From: Malacoraja senta
Taxonomy: Eukaryota
Reading direction: 5' to 3'
NCBI GenBank assembly: GCA_038087875.1
Contig: CM075989.1
Span: 10,292,001-10,356,000 of the forward strand
DNA length: 64,000 bases
The notes beneath the pieces were generated by a model that was given only the letters and a program-made list of their open reading frames with translations, was not told the DNA's origin and searched no databases. This document shows, piece by piece, positions 38,952 to 50,741 of the stretch; the first letter of the stretch is position 1; every line of letters begins with the position of its first letter. The position numbers and the translations under genes are program-made.

Positions 38952-39080
38952 CAGTCTGAAGAAGGGTCTCGACCCAAAACATCACCCATTCCTTCTCTCC
39001 AGAGATGCTGCCTGACCCGCTGAGTTACTCCAGCATTTTGTGTATCTTCGGAGTAAATCAGGATATGCAGATCCTTCCTA
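38952..39080 (+). mobile_element. Penelope terminal-repeat fragment
   Basis: cagtCTGAAGAagggtctcgacccaaaacatcacccattcc...gagttactccagcattttgtg. Confidence 0.8.
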
Positions 39081-39964
39081 CATATGTAGTGGTGTCAACA
39101 CAGGGTGATCTCTCTATCTTCCTCCACTCCTATTCCCCACCTCTAATAACCCATTTCAAGATTTATTCCAGGATTACCAATAGAAACTAAATTTTCCAAC
39201 AGTCAGTTGTTGTGCTGCCTTTGTTCAATAATTCAGCATTTTTTGTGCACTAAAATCAAATGAATTAAGCTATGCAAATAACAAATTGTGACCCAATTAC
39301 TTAATACGCACCAGTTATCAGATAGCCAGAAACTTTGAAGACGACTGCAGCTGTCTCACTGGCTGGTGCCCTCGGGTCTGCAAGGCTTCATTCCTCTCAC
39401 CCTTCCTTATCTTGAGACTGGATTCCCCAACAGTTATGTGACTGTTGATTGAGGAGAGTTCAACGCTCTTTGCTTCAGTAACTTCCATCGACTGATAACA
39501 AAACCCAGGAATTCATAAGCAACAGTCAGGAGCTGGAACTCAGTTGGACGAGCCCTGGCAATAGCCACCAGTCCACACGAATTCACAATCAGACTGCGCA
39601 AGCGGTATCTACAAGTTGTAACTCGGGATATAACATTTAGTAACTGCTCCCAAATTATGGAGAAGCTTGATTATATGCAACGGTTAAAAATACTTCATTT
39701 TCTTTTAATAAGCAACTTTTATTTAAATAATGCTCTTAATGTGGTAAATCGTACAGATATGCAATACAGGAGCCTTTAAAACTTGACCCCTCGAGCTACA
39801 CTGGGTCACTGAGTCCGAGGAAAGAGAGAGGAGAGTTTTAGAGAGCAAGTCTTGTGCATCGAGTGCTTCAAGCCTCCTCCTAAAACCATCGCTGCAATGT
39901 ACTGAGCACAGGTCCATGCTGGACAGACGATACAGATGCTTGTTAAGTCAAACTTGAGTAAGTA

Positions 39965-40310
39965 GTGGACAGAGCTCCTGCTCAGTGTTAGAGGTCATAA
40001 ATTTAGACATTTGAGTAAATAATCTCAACGGACTGTCCTGAGCGAGTGCTGTACCTCCCGAGTTCCAAACGGAACGTCAAACTGAGCCAGTGGCTGCCTC
40101 TGAGGAGGAATGAAATTTATCCCACAGTACCACTCCAAAGACCAACAGGGTATGTATTGGCAAAATTCTGGGGTAATAACTACTCTCCAATCAATATCAG
40201 TTTTAAAAGGGTTAAATGATAATTTATGATGTTTTAGTTTGTGGAATCTATCTGTGCTTCCAACATTACTTCACTGCCCTGGGACATCAAGAGAGAAAAA
40301 GTTGCAGAAG
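39965..40310 (+). mobile_element. Old Deu-domain SINE
   Basis: ctgagcgagtgctg, acgtcaaactgag, gtttgtggaatct; similar to 32385-32765. Confidence 0.5.
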
Positions 40311-42394
40311 TGGCACCTCCAACAATGCTGCACATCCTCAGTGCTGCATTGACAAAACCATTAATGGAGTCCCCGACTGTCCAACTCCAACACCCGCTAT
40401 CCAGAGGACTGGCTGACTACTTCCTGATGCCCTGGGATAAATGGCAATAGAAGAAACTTCAAGCCTATCTCCAATTTACCATCCTCCCCATTAAAGTAAC
40501 CAAATGTTGAATATACTTTCTGGATCCAACTGCCTCGAAAGTTCTTGGGCCCTTGGATGGCTAGCTGCCGCAGCACAGTGGTTACTTTTGTATTTGGCCC
40601 AGGACACAATTTGTTTTAAAAGACATGTAGGAAAGAACTGCAGAGGCTGGTTTAAATCGACCCAAACTAAGCGGGACAGGATCTCCCCGATGCTGCCTGT
40701 CCCGCCGAGTTACTCCAGCATTTTGTCTACCTTTGTTTTAAAAGACCTTACTTACTTGTCCAGAGGATGTGAACATCACAAGCAAGACCAGCACACACAA
40801 CATGCCCTTAAACAAACACATTTTGGGGTGTTTTTAGAGAGTTAGCTTGGAGTCAACAATATTGATGTGTTTAAAGTTACACATGGACCAGACAGGGTAA
40901 GAACAGTAGATTTCCTTTCCATGAGGGAAATATTGAGCCAGTTGAGTATTACTTTAAACAGTCATGGTCACCATTACTAGAGTTAGCTTTATAATTCCAG
41001 ATTTATTTAATTACATGGTGACATTTGAAATCATTTTATCAATAGGCCATCCTACAAACAAAGTAACTGAACCACAATGTTACTGTACGCTAGAACACAC
41101 CATCCAATTAGTAAAAGAAATTGTCATGATATAACTCTCATTCCAAGCACCTCACTGAAGCATTCCAACTTCCTTCTGTGGGTACAGAGTCACACCGGTA
41201 TAATATGTTTACACTGCAACTGAATTTTAAAACTATTCAAATATTCAACCATTCATTACTATTTTGAACATTTAAGGAAAATCCTAAATAAAAAGAAAGA
41301 CATTTTCTATTCCCCATCCCACATCCATCAGCTCAAAATTTCCCACATGTTGTAAGCACCATTGTTGCTGTCAGGAACAAGTGAGAGAAGGTTACAAGGA
41401 GTAAGACAACAGATCGATATGGAAAAGGAGGTGGTGGCTACTGTGCAACATGCAGTGTCGGATCAACACTTCTGAAGACCCAATGGATGCTTTTTGAAAG
41501 AACATTTGTGTTTTGCCACCTGCCTCTATTCTTCCATGCCTTGTAGGCCATGACCCACTCAACGCAACATAGAACGAAATCACCAAATAGAACATGTTGC
41601 AAAGGCTCGGCAGGTCAGGCTGCGTGTGTGGATGGAGAAAAAGAGTTAATCTCCAGGTCAACAATTTTCCATCAGTACTGTAACGTCTCAGAGAAAGGAC
41701 AAGCTTTATGTGCAGAGAAAGACTGAAAGCAGAAGAGAAAGTCAGTGATAGTATGGAAGCAGGAAAGATTAAATGACTGAGCGGGATGATACATTACACT
41801 CGTCAGGATCATTTCAGAAACTGATTCTGCTATGCCCATTGGTTCCTCCTCTTAGACCCAGTTAATTTCTAGTCTCATTAATCCCCAGTATTTCCCTTTC
41901 CAATTCGGTGAATGGTTGTCTCTTTGAACCGTTTACTCTGTTCCTCTTTCCAGACATTTCCTGATCTGAGTTTTATCAGCATTTCAAGTCCCCCCCCCCC
42001 CCCCCCCCCACTTTTTAAGCACCTGCGGTATTTAGATTTTGTAAATCTTTAAACCCTTGCTCAATGGTAACGTTATGGGAAGGGGAAGACACACATTCTT
42101 GGTATTTGCAAGTAAATGAAACACAAGTGTAAATGATACAATGATCATCAGGAATGTGATGCAAGGATGTTAATTGTTAGTCAGTAATAAACCTCTGAAG
42201 CTCTTGGTGCCTCCAAGATCATGGCTATTCCGATCTCGACCTCAGCTCCACTTCCTCCATTTCCCATGACACTTTACTCTTCTGTAGTCTAAAATATTTG
42301 CCTTGCTCTTGAATATATTCAATAGATAAGCCTCCGGGGAAGATAATTCCAAATTCATCAAGATATGAAATTCCTCATTTGTCTTAAATGGACA

Positions 42395-42716
42395 TGTTCC
42401 CGATGTTGGGGGAGACCAGAACCAGGGGCCACAGATTAAGAATATGGAGTAAGCCATTTAGAACGGAGACGAGGAAACACTTTTTCTCATAGAGTGGTGA
42501 GTCTGTGGAATTCTCTGCCTCAGAGGGCAGTGGAGGCAGGTTCTCTGGATGCTTTCAAGAGAGAGCTAGATAGGGCTCTTAAAAATAGCGGAGTCAGGGG
42601 ATATGGGGAGAAGGCAGGAACCGGGTACTGATTGTGAATGATCAGCCATGATCACATTGAATGGCGGTGCTGGCTCGAAGGGCCGAATGGCCTACTCCTG
42701 CAGCTATTGTCTATTG
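42395..42716 (+). mobile_element. Young CR1-like 3' end nested in an older antisense CR1 (~42200-43340)
   Basis: tgttcccgatgttggggg...gtggtgagtctgtggaattctctgcc...gatcagccatgatcacattgaatggcgg...ctattgtctattg. Confidence 0.85.
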
Positions 42717-45700
42717 ATATCCGAAAATAGTTCTGAATATCTCCAGGACAGATGTTCTTTCACAATTTATCTTATGAACCTCCTCTGAATTCATTCCCAT
42801 ACAGTATATCATTCTCTAAGTGAGGAAACAATAAATCTTTACAGTATTCTGGGTATGGTCTCATCAACACCGTGCGCATTAATAGTCAGACTCTGCTACT
42901 TCTATATTTTATCCTCTTCGCAGTAAAAGCCAACATTCCATTGGCCTTCCTAATTATTTTCCCTACCTGCCAGTGTTCATATCTGTGTATCAGTGTTGTG
43001 AGATCTCTTTCCATTTAGATAGTTTTCTGTTTCTCTCATCTTCTTGCCTATGTGGAAAAGCTCATATTTCCCAATGTTATTCTCCGCCTACCAAACTTCC
43101 CCCCCCCACTTGCACACCCTGTTTCTATCCCTTCATAATTCTTTGCAATCTCCTCACAACTTGCTTTCCTATCAATCGTAGCATTTTCAGCAAATTTGGC
43201 TACAATGCACTTCAGCCAAGTCATTAGTTGATTGCTGCAGTGTCTCTAAAGTTAAAACTCGTCAACCTGAAAATGACCCATTTATCCTAAGTCTCTGATT
43301 TCTCCTAGTTTATCTTCCATTAATGCCCATATGTTACCCCCAATGTCATGAGCTCTACCCCAGGCACAACAGAGCTAGACCATTGAGGGTGATGTCAGAA
43401 AACACTGTCATGCACGGATGCCTTGGATTCTACCCCTCAAAACCTGCTGAGGTTGAGAGGCAAGTGAAACCTTCAAACTGCAAGTTGCAGAACCAAGGCA
43501 TTAAATGGAGTTAAGGCACACATCAGTCATATTCTAATTGAGTGGCTTTTGGGTTGATTGTCCAACTCCTTTTCTTTAACCCCCAGACCAGTGCAGCATT
43601 GAAACAGTTAAAATGTGTGTGCAAACAGACTTAGGCACTGACAAACTCAGCGACCTACTCTGAGTCAGTGATTACACACTGGAAGATAAGTGAACTGAAA
43701 GTGTTAAATCAGAGAAGAAAAAATTGTGGGTGAAAAGTCAGCACATAAACACAATGAGGTGAAGAAAAGGGGGGGGAGAGCGATAAAGGGAAAGACACAA
43801 GGAAAAATAAAGCTTAAATGAAAAAATGTTTTCTGATAAGTATGTGGGGGTAAGTTTGATAAAATGCAGACAATGAATGAATGTGAGAGGTAATGGGGCA
43901 AAATGGAGTAGCAGGCAGGAGAGAGGTGAAAGGGGAGAGAAAAGGGGCTGGTAATAAAGAGATGGTGCCGTAAGGAAACTATTAGGCAGTAAATAGGAGA
44001 TTGTGTTCTGCCTCCCCCATGCACATTTTACGAGTCTTCAACAATGCTTTGCTGAAATGCAGCCACTCAATTCCTTTTACTTTTAAATTTTCAGACATAC
44101 TTTTAAACAAAACCTCAAAAAGCAGATTGCCTTGCCCCTGAAGACACGATCTCCCTCAGCCAGCCCCTAATACAAGGGGCCTGCACTGTCTCATCCGTAG
44201 CCAACTATTAGCTTTTGCCTGAAGCAATTAGGTGATGCCATTATGGAGACAGCGGGGGAGGGGCCCTGAAAGCTTTGAGTGCAGAACAACACTGCCAGAT
44301 AAATTGGGAAGAAAATTCAGTATTTGAATTCATGGTCCAATGGTGTGCCACAAAAGCCTGATCAATATTTTGACTCAGAATTAGAGAGGTTTAATATAAT
44401 GGCTCCCACTGTCTTCCCTGTTTGGAGGAAGTGGTACAATTCCAGCACTTTAGAACAACTATTATTACAGAGACAACGAGAACTTATAACAGCAACATTC
44501 AGCCTGGCGACACTGCTATCTCTCCCATCGAAAGGCAACTTATCAGCCAGACAAACGCAGTGAAACAGAGCTCTTGTTTATATATGGGGCTGTTTCAAGC
44601 AGTCAGCATTTCCCCTTTGCAAAAACCGTGCTCTCTTGTAGGCAGACGAACAGATCGAGGAAATTTAAAACTGTTTAAAAAAAAATTAGATGTGTACTGC
44701 AAAATAATTATTTCTAAAAATATGATGGACCAAGAAAAGACGAACAAAAACCCACAAAATATTTGGGTGGATCTGATTAAAGTTGGGGAGAAAAAAGGTG
44801 CCCTGTACTTAAAACCCACAGGAAATGTCTGCCTTAAACAAAGATTTTGCATTTACACTAAGTCTTTCACTACTTTAAATACGAGAAAAACAGCAGCAGC
44901 ACATTTCCACATAGAAAGATCCCACAATCAGTAATTTAATAACTATCTGTTAAGTTTTAGGGATATTAGTTAAAAGATCATTATTAGCCAGGGCAGATTG
45001 AACTCTAAGTTATATATCTCTGGAGCAGACGGCAGAGATTGGGAAGGGACAAACGACAGTGGAAGAGTTTCGTTTGAGCCTCTTTGAGGTTCAAATGACA
45101 AGAAATAAATCAAATCAAATCAAATCAAATTGAAAACACGAGTGGAATAAAAAAAAACAAGAGATTTTGTTTATAAAATGAGAAGCTTAGAGAGGGCAGA
45201 TAGTCTTTTCCAAGGCGCGAGGGAGTCTTAAACTAGAACGCGCATGAGAGGGAACAGTGAGAGGGAAACATTTAAAGGAGATCTGAGTGGGTGGTTATTT
45301 AGATGAGTGATGTCAGATGAGTGGTGGAGGCAAATAAACATTACAATTTGAAAGGAATTAGGGCAGATAGGCAAGTAGAGGGATATGGGCTTAATACAGG
45401 GGAAATGGGATTACAGTTGGCCAAAGTTGGGCGTTGGGCCAAAGTTGATTCTGTGCCATACACCTCTGAGGGTAGTGTGACAAAGAGCAAGAAATATTTA
45501 GTCAATTGGCAGGTATGTCACATCGATGTGATGGCAGGCTGCATAGATCAAAGGATGCCAAGTTCCACCTCTGGTCCCTGTAAAGTGGCACCTACTTTAG
45601 ATTCTTTAGATTGCCAGCAGAGCTTGGATCCTGCTCTGCCTAAAATTTATGTCAACCAATAGGCTACTGGACCATCATCACATTGCCATCTGTGGGATCC

Positions 45701-48700
45701 TGCTGTGCTGACAATGCTTGGATCCTTGGATATTAAGGGAATCATGGAATATGGGCAAGTCCACAAAAGTCATGCTGAGATAAAGGATCAGTGACAATCT
45801 TATCTAGTGGTACAACAGGCACAAGTGGATAAACAGCCTTTTTCTTCTTCCAGTCTTATGTCTTATCTCCAAAAAAAGCATTCTCACTTTTGAGAAAACA
45901 CCATGGGAAGTCCCTTATGGGGTGTAAGGACCTGAGAGAAAGCTCTTGTTTTCAGAAAAATCCTCAAATAGCCCCACCTCTATCCCTACTTTGAGGCCCA
46001 GGCCCCAGGAGCCTGCCACTTCTTTCCTAAAGTCCAACGACAAAGCCTCCTCCCTCCTTTATCTCAGTGTGGGTTGAGCAGGGAGTCGAGTTACGTCTCT
46101 GGAGACAGGCAGATAATAGCGGGCTTAAAGAGGCAAGTGGCTCTCTGGTTTCTCACTCACATTCTACCCTCGTTTATAAGGGTTTTATTTGTCAAACATC
46201 CTTGTTCTATACCAGTTACCATCCATGACTATACCAGTTACCATCCATGACTATACCAGTTACAAGATTCCACTTCAGTATTCCATCTCAGGTTTGATGT
46301 TTGATCACTTGATCAGAAACTTTTGAATGTATTTCATAGATCCCCATCCCAGAGATCCTAGAGGAATCAGACAAGCTCTCACTCCCCATTCCTGTGTCTG
46401 TCCCAGTGTGCCTCATCAGGGCAACGGGGCTTCATTAAGGAAAGCCCATGGTTCTTGCTTATTGATGCAGTCAAGACCAAGCCTCATTGCAAGGCCATGA
46501 GGGGGGAGGGGAGCGGAGCGGGGAGGGGGAGAGTTCTTACAGATAGTGGGAAATATTTAGTGAGAAAAGCTTTGGATTGTTTTCATTGATCCTATAACAG
46601 AAATGTAGTATTTCTGCACACTAGATCCCAAAGACAAGTGTGTGAACACAACCAGGCGACCAATGTTAGAGTTAGCTGAGAAATAAATCCTGGCTGGAGA
46701 TGTAATCAGAGAATCTGTATTATTGTTTGCCAATATTTATGCAGGTTCCCTACATTCATTGATCGCATGTCATTGATAAGGCCCAGAGTTATGCCCATGC
46801 AAATGCCAGTCCCTTTCATGCCACCCCCACACATTCCAATGTAATCCATACTGATTAGGCCCGAGCTTCCTTAGTCTGTCTCTCAACAAGAATGAATCCT
46901 ACTCTGTGGGGGTGAATCACACTCCCCTCAGAACAAGGGCCCCGAGAGCAAATATTTTGCATATCTATAGCACTGTTCACATCCCCAGGGTGCCCCACGG
47001 TAATCAGTCAATGGAGTGCTCTAAAATGCAGTTCCTGTGGGCACCTAATGTGGGGAAAGAGGTGGTGCACACAGAACATCCCACGTAGAGCAATGTGATG
47101 ATCAACAGATAATTTTATTTCCCAGTGATGTTCATCATGACCCTGGTTATCTTTTCTCCAACCATTTGCTGGTGAAATCAGTCCTTCTCTATCAATTTTA
47201 TCTCTGCTGTTGTATTTTTCCCCTCTGATATTGTTTAGCCAGTCATGCAACATGGATATGAGCCATTCGGCCCACGCTAACCTTTTTGTCCAGCTATGCT
47301 AATCCCATTTGCCCGTATGCTTCCATTGCCATGACCATTCAAATACTCCCTTCCCTCTTACTCCACTAGCAAAAGCTCATGATGTGAATAATGTATCTTG
47401 CTGCCTCACACCCACCCCAACATGTGCTCTTTTCCTTCCTGGAATTTCTTTGCCCAGCTGGCAAGGTACCGGAGAGGTGAACATTTCATACAAAAGTCAG
47501 CATTTCTGACAGCACAGCACTCCTTGGGTACCATGCTGGGACATTTTGTAACTCCAGAGCAGGGGGGCAAATCCATCAGCTCCAGTCTCTGAGAAAGAAA
47601 ATCTTCCACAGTGCACTATAGAGCAGAGCTTCAGGGGACTGGGTGCTGGCAACCTTCCTGCTGGTTCTTGCAGTGTTGATCAAGGCAGGCCTGATCAAAT
47701 GGAGCAAATGAACCTAGTAAATGGTGTGGCATTTCCCCTTCATAAAAATAGAATCTGTCCCTATTTATTCTCCAAATAAAGAATAGAGTGGCTCTTGCAC
47801 AACAGTCAGCACATGGCATTCCGACCTAGGAGAAGCAAACACAATTCTTCCCGATCCAACTCCACAAAGGACTCTGACTCAGGGAAGAATCCAGCTCTTG
47901 GTGCGCTAAACCTACAAGAGGAAGCAGCTCATCTCAATCCAGACTTTTTCAATTATGCCCAAATATCCATTTAAATACTTTTTTTGGGGTTTGATTTTTA
48001 CGATATTTTTTTGGCTGGAACAGACTCCCCCCCCCCCCCCCCCCCCCAAAAAAAACCCAACAACAACCTTGTAATTTTTAATTCCCGTGTACGTTTTCCA
48101 ACTCTGTGTGCCAGAACTGTCCTTTGAGTTCAGGGCACTTCACTGAGTGATCTTAATGGAAGCCAAGAATATACAAGTCCCTTGAAATTGTATTTCAGTT
48201 CAATAAATCACTCACTTCCATACTCCTCTTGCCTTTCAACCCTGAACAGACTCAAACTCTTCCTTCCCATGGCACTTCTTTGCTCCTCATTTTTCACTTT
48301 ACCTCCTCACAGTCCTTGTGATGGGCTTGGTCCAGACTTCATTACAAGTTAATCTCAAAGACAGAAATAGGGCACAGTCATCAGTACAACTTCCTGCAGC
48401 AACCTTCCAGCCATTAGCTCACCGAGGAGAACAGTTTGACCACCAAGTCCACATCCTCATAGCCTACGTGCTTCCTTCATTAACAAGCTTGTACAGATGA
48501 TCGATCCAATGCAAAATAAACAACAGATTTATGAGGTGTTCTTTAATGCAGCAAACAAAAATTAAAGTGACGCATGAAAGCCTTCTGGCAGAACTTGATG
48601 CCCATTTCTCAAGTTTGAATTCATCGCTGTGACTCTTACTGTTTGTTGTACTGAAAACAAAACCTTAAATGAGGTGGATCTCACTTGTTGAATGCCAGAC

Positions 48701-49127
48701 ATGCAGCAAGGGCAAGAAAGATAAATCCAAGTCCATCCCACTTCCAACTCTTCCATCTAGGTGGTTGGAGGCACATCCAATGAAAATTTATAGGATGCAA
48801 GACAACTGTTTAGCTTGGATCAAAAAACAAACAGCTAAATAGTCATATCTAGCAAAATAGACATATCTACAGTGATTTTCAGATGATTGGGTACTTTTGA
48901 ATTGTAGTCACTGTAATAATACAGGAGGAGCAGCCCAATTTGCACACAAGGACCCAAAGCCTCAGTAATGGAAGATGGGTAGAGATTACGCAGGTTCTCA
49001 TTAATACAAATACAATCTCTGCAGCCAGGTTCTGGGTGTTTCTAAAGGCTGCCTGAACACTCCTTGATGAGAGATCATGGCATGAATTAGAATTCAAGTG
49101 TACGATGGCACCTGGTGTGATGACACA

Positions 49128-50741
49128 CAGTGCCCTCCATAATGTTTGGGACAAAGACCCATCATTAATTTATTTGCCTCTGTACTCCGCAATTTGAGAT
49201 TTGTAATAGAAAAAAAAAAAATCACACATGGTTAAAGTGCACATTGTCAGATCTTATTAAAGGCCATTTTTACATATTTTGGTTTCACCATGTAGAAATT
49301 ACAACTGTGTTTATACATATGCTCCCCATTTCAGGGCACCATAATGTTGGGATACATGGCTTCACAGGCGTTTGTAATTGCTCAGGTGTGTTTAATTGTC
49401 TCCTTAATGCAAGTATAAGAGAGCTCTCAGCACCTAGTCTTTCCTCCAGTCTTTCCATCACCTTTGGAAACTTTTATTGCTGTTTATCAACATGAGGACC
49501 AAAGTTGTGCCAATGAAAGTCAAAGAAGCCATTATGAGACTGAGAAACAAGAATAAAACTGTTAGAGACATCAGCCACACCTTAGGCTTACCAAAATCAA
49601 CTGTTTGGAACATCATTAAGAAGAAAGAAGCTTACTAATCGCAAAGGGACTGGCAGGCCAAGGAAAACCTCCACAGCTGATGACAGAAGAATTCACTTTA
49701 TAATAAAGACAAATCCCCAAACAACCTGTCCGACAGATCAGAAACAACTCTTCAGGAGTTAGGTGTGGATTTGTCAATGACCACTGTCCGCAGAAGAATT
49801 CCTGAACAGAAATACAGAGGCTACACTGCAAGATGCAAACCACAGGTTAGCTACAAAAATAGGATGGCCAGGTTACGGTTTGCCAAGAAGTACTTAAAAG
49901 AGCAACCACAGTTCTGGAAAAAGGTCTTGTGGACAGATGAGACGAAGATTAAATTATATCAGAGTGATGGCAAGATCAAAGTATGGAGGAGAGAAGGAAC
50001 TGCCCAAGATCCAAAGCATACCACCTCATCTGTGAAACACAGTGGTGGGGGTGTTATGGCCTGGGCATGTATGGCTGCTGAAGGTACTGGCTCACTTATC
50101 TTCATTTATGATTAGAACTGCTGATGGTAGTAGCTTAATGAATTCTGAAGTGTATAGACACATCCTATCTACTCAAGTTCAAACAAATGGCCAGTGGTTC
50201 ATTCTACAGCAAGACAATGATCCCAAACATACTGCTAAAACAACAAATGAGTTTTTCCAAAGCTAAAAAAAAAAGGTAAATTCTTGAGTGGTCAAGTCAA
50301 TCACCTGATCTGAACCCAATTGAGCATGCCTTTTATAGGTTGAAGAGAAAACTGAAGCATAAGCTAAAGATGGCTGCAATACAGGCCTGGCAGAGCATCA
50401 CCAGACAAGACACCGAGCTACTGGTGATGTCCATGAATCACAGACTTCAAACAGTCATTGCATGCAAAGGATATGCAACAAAATACTAAACATGACTACT
50501 TTCATTTACAGGACATTGCTGTGTCCCAAACATTATGGTGCCTTGAAATGTGGGGACTATGTATAAACACTGCTGTAATTTCTACATGGTGAAACCAAAA
50601 TGTATTAAAATTGCCTTACTAAAATCTGACAATGTGCACTTTAACCACGTGATTGTTTTCTATTACAAAGCTCAAATTGTGGAGTACAGAGGCAAATAAA
50701 TAAATGATGGGTCTTTGTCCCAAACATTATGGAGGGCACTG
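49128..50741 (+). mobile_element. Tc1-family DNA transposon, IR/DR type, copy 1
   Basis: ~225-bp TIRs beginning CAGTGCCCTCCATAATGTTTGGGAC, each with an inner direct repeat (CAGGGCACCATAATGTTGGGA ~49332; mirror ~50521); internal transposase. Confidence 0.95.
49492..50489 (+). pseudogene. Tc1 DDE transposase pseudogene, copy 1
   Basis: MRTKVVPMKVKEAIMRL...LGLPKSTV (HTH), VLWTDETKI, QQDNDPKH, SPDLNPIEH, ending KGYATKY*; several frameshifts and deletions. Confidence 0.92.
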
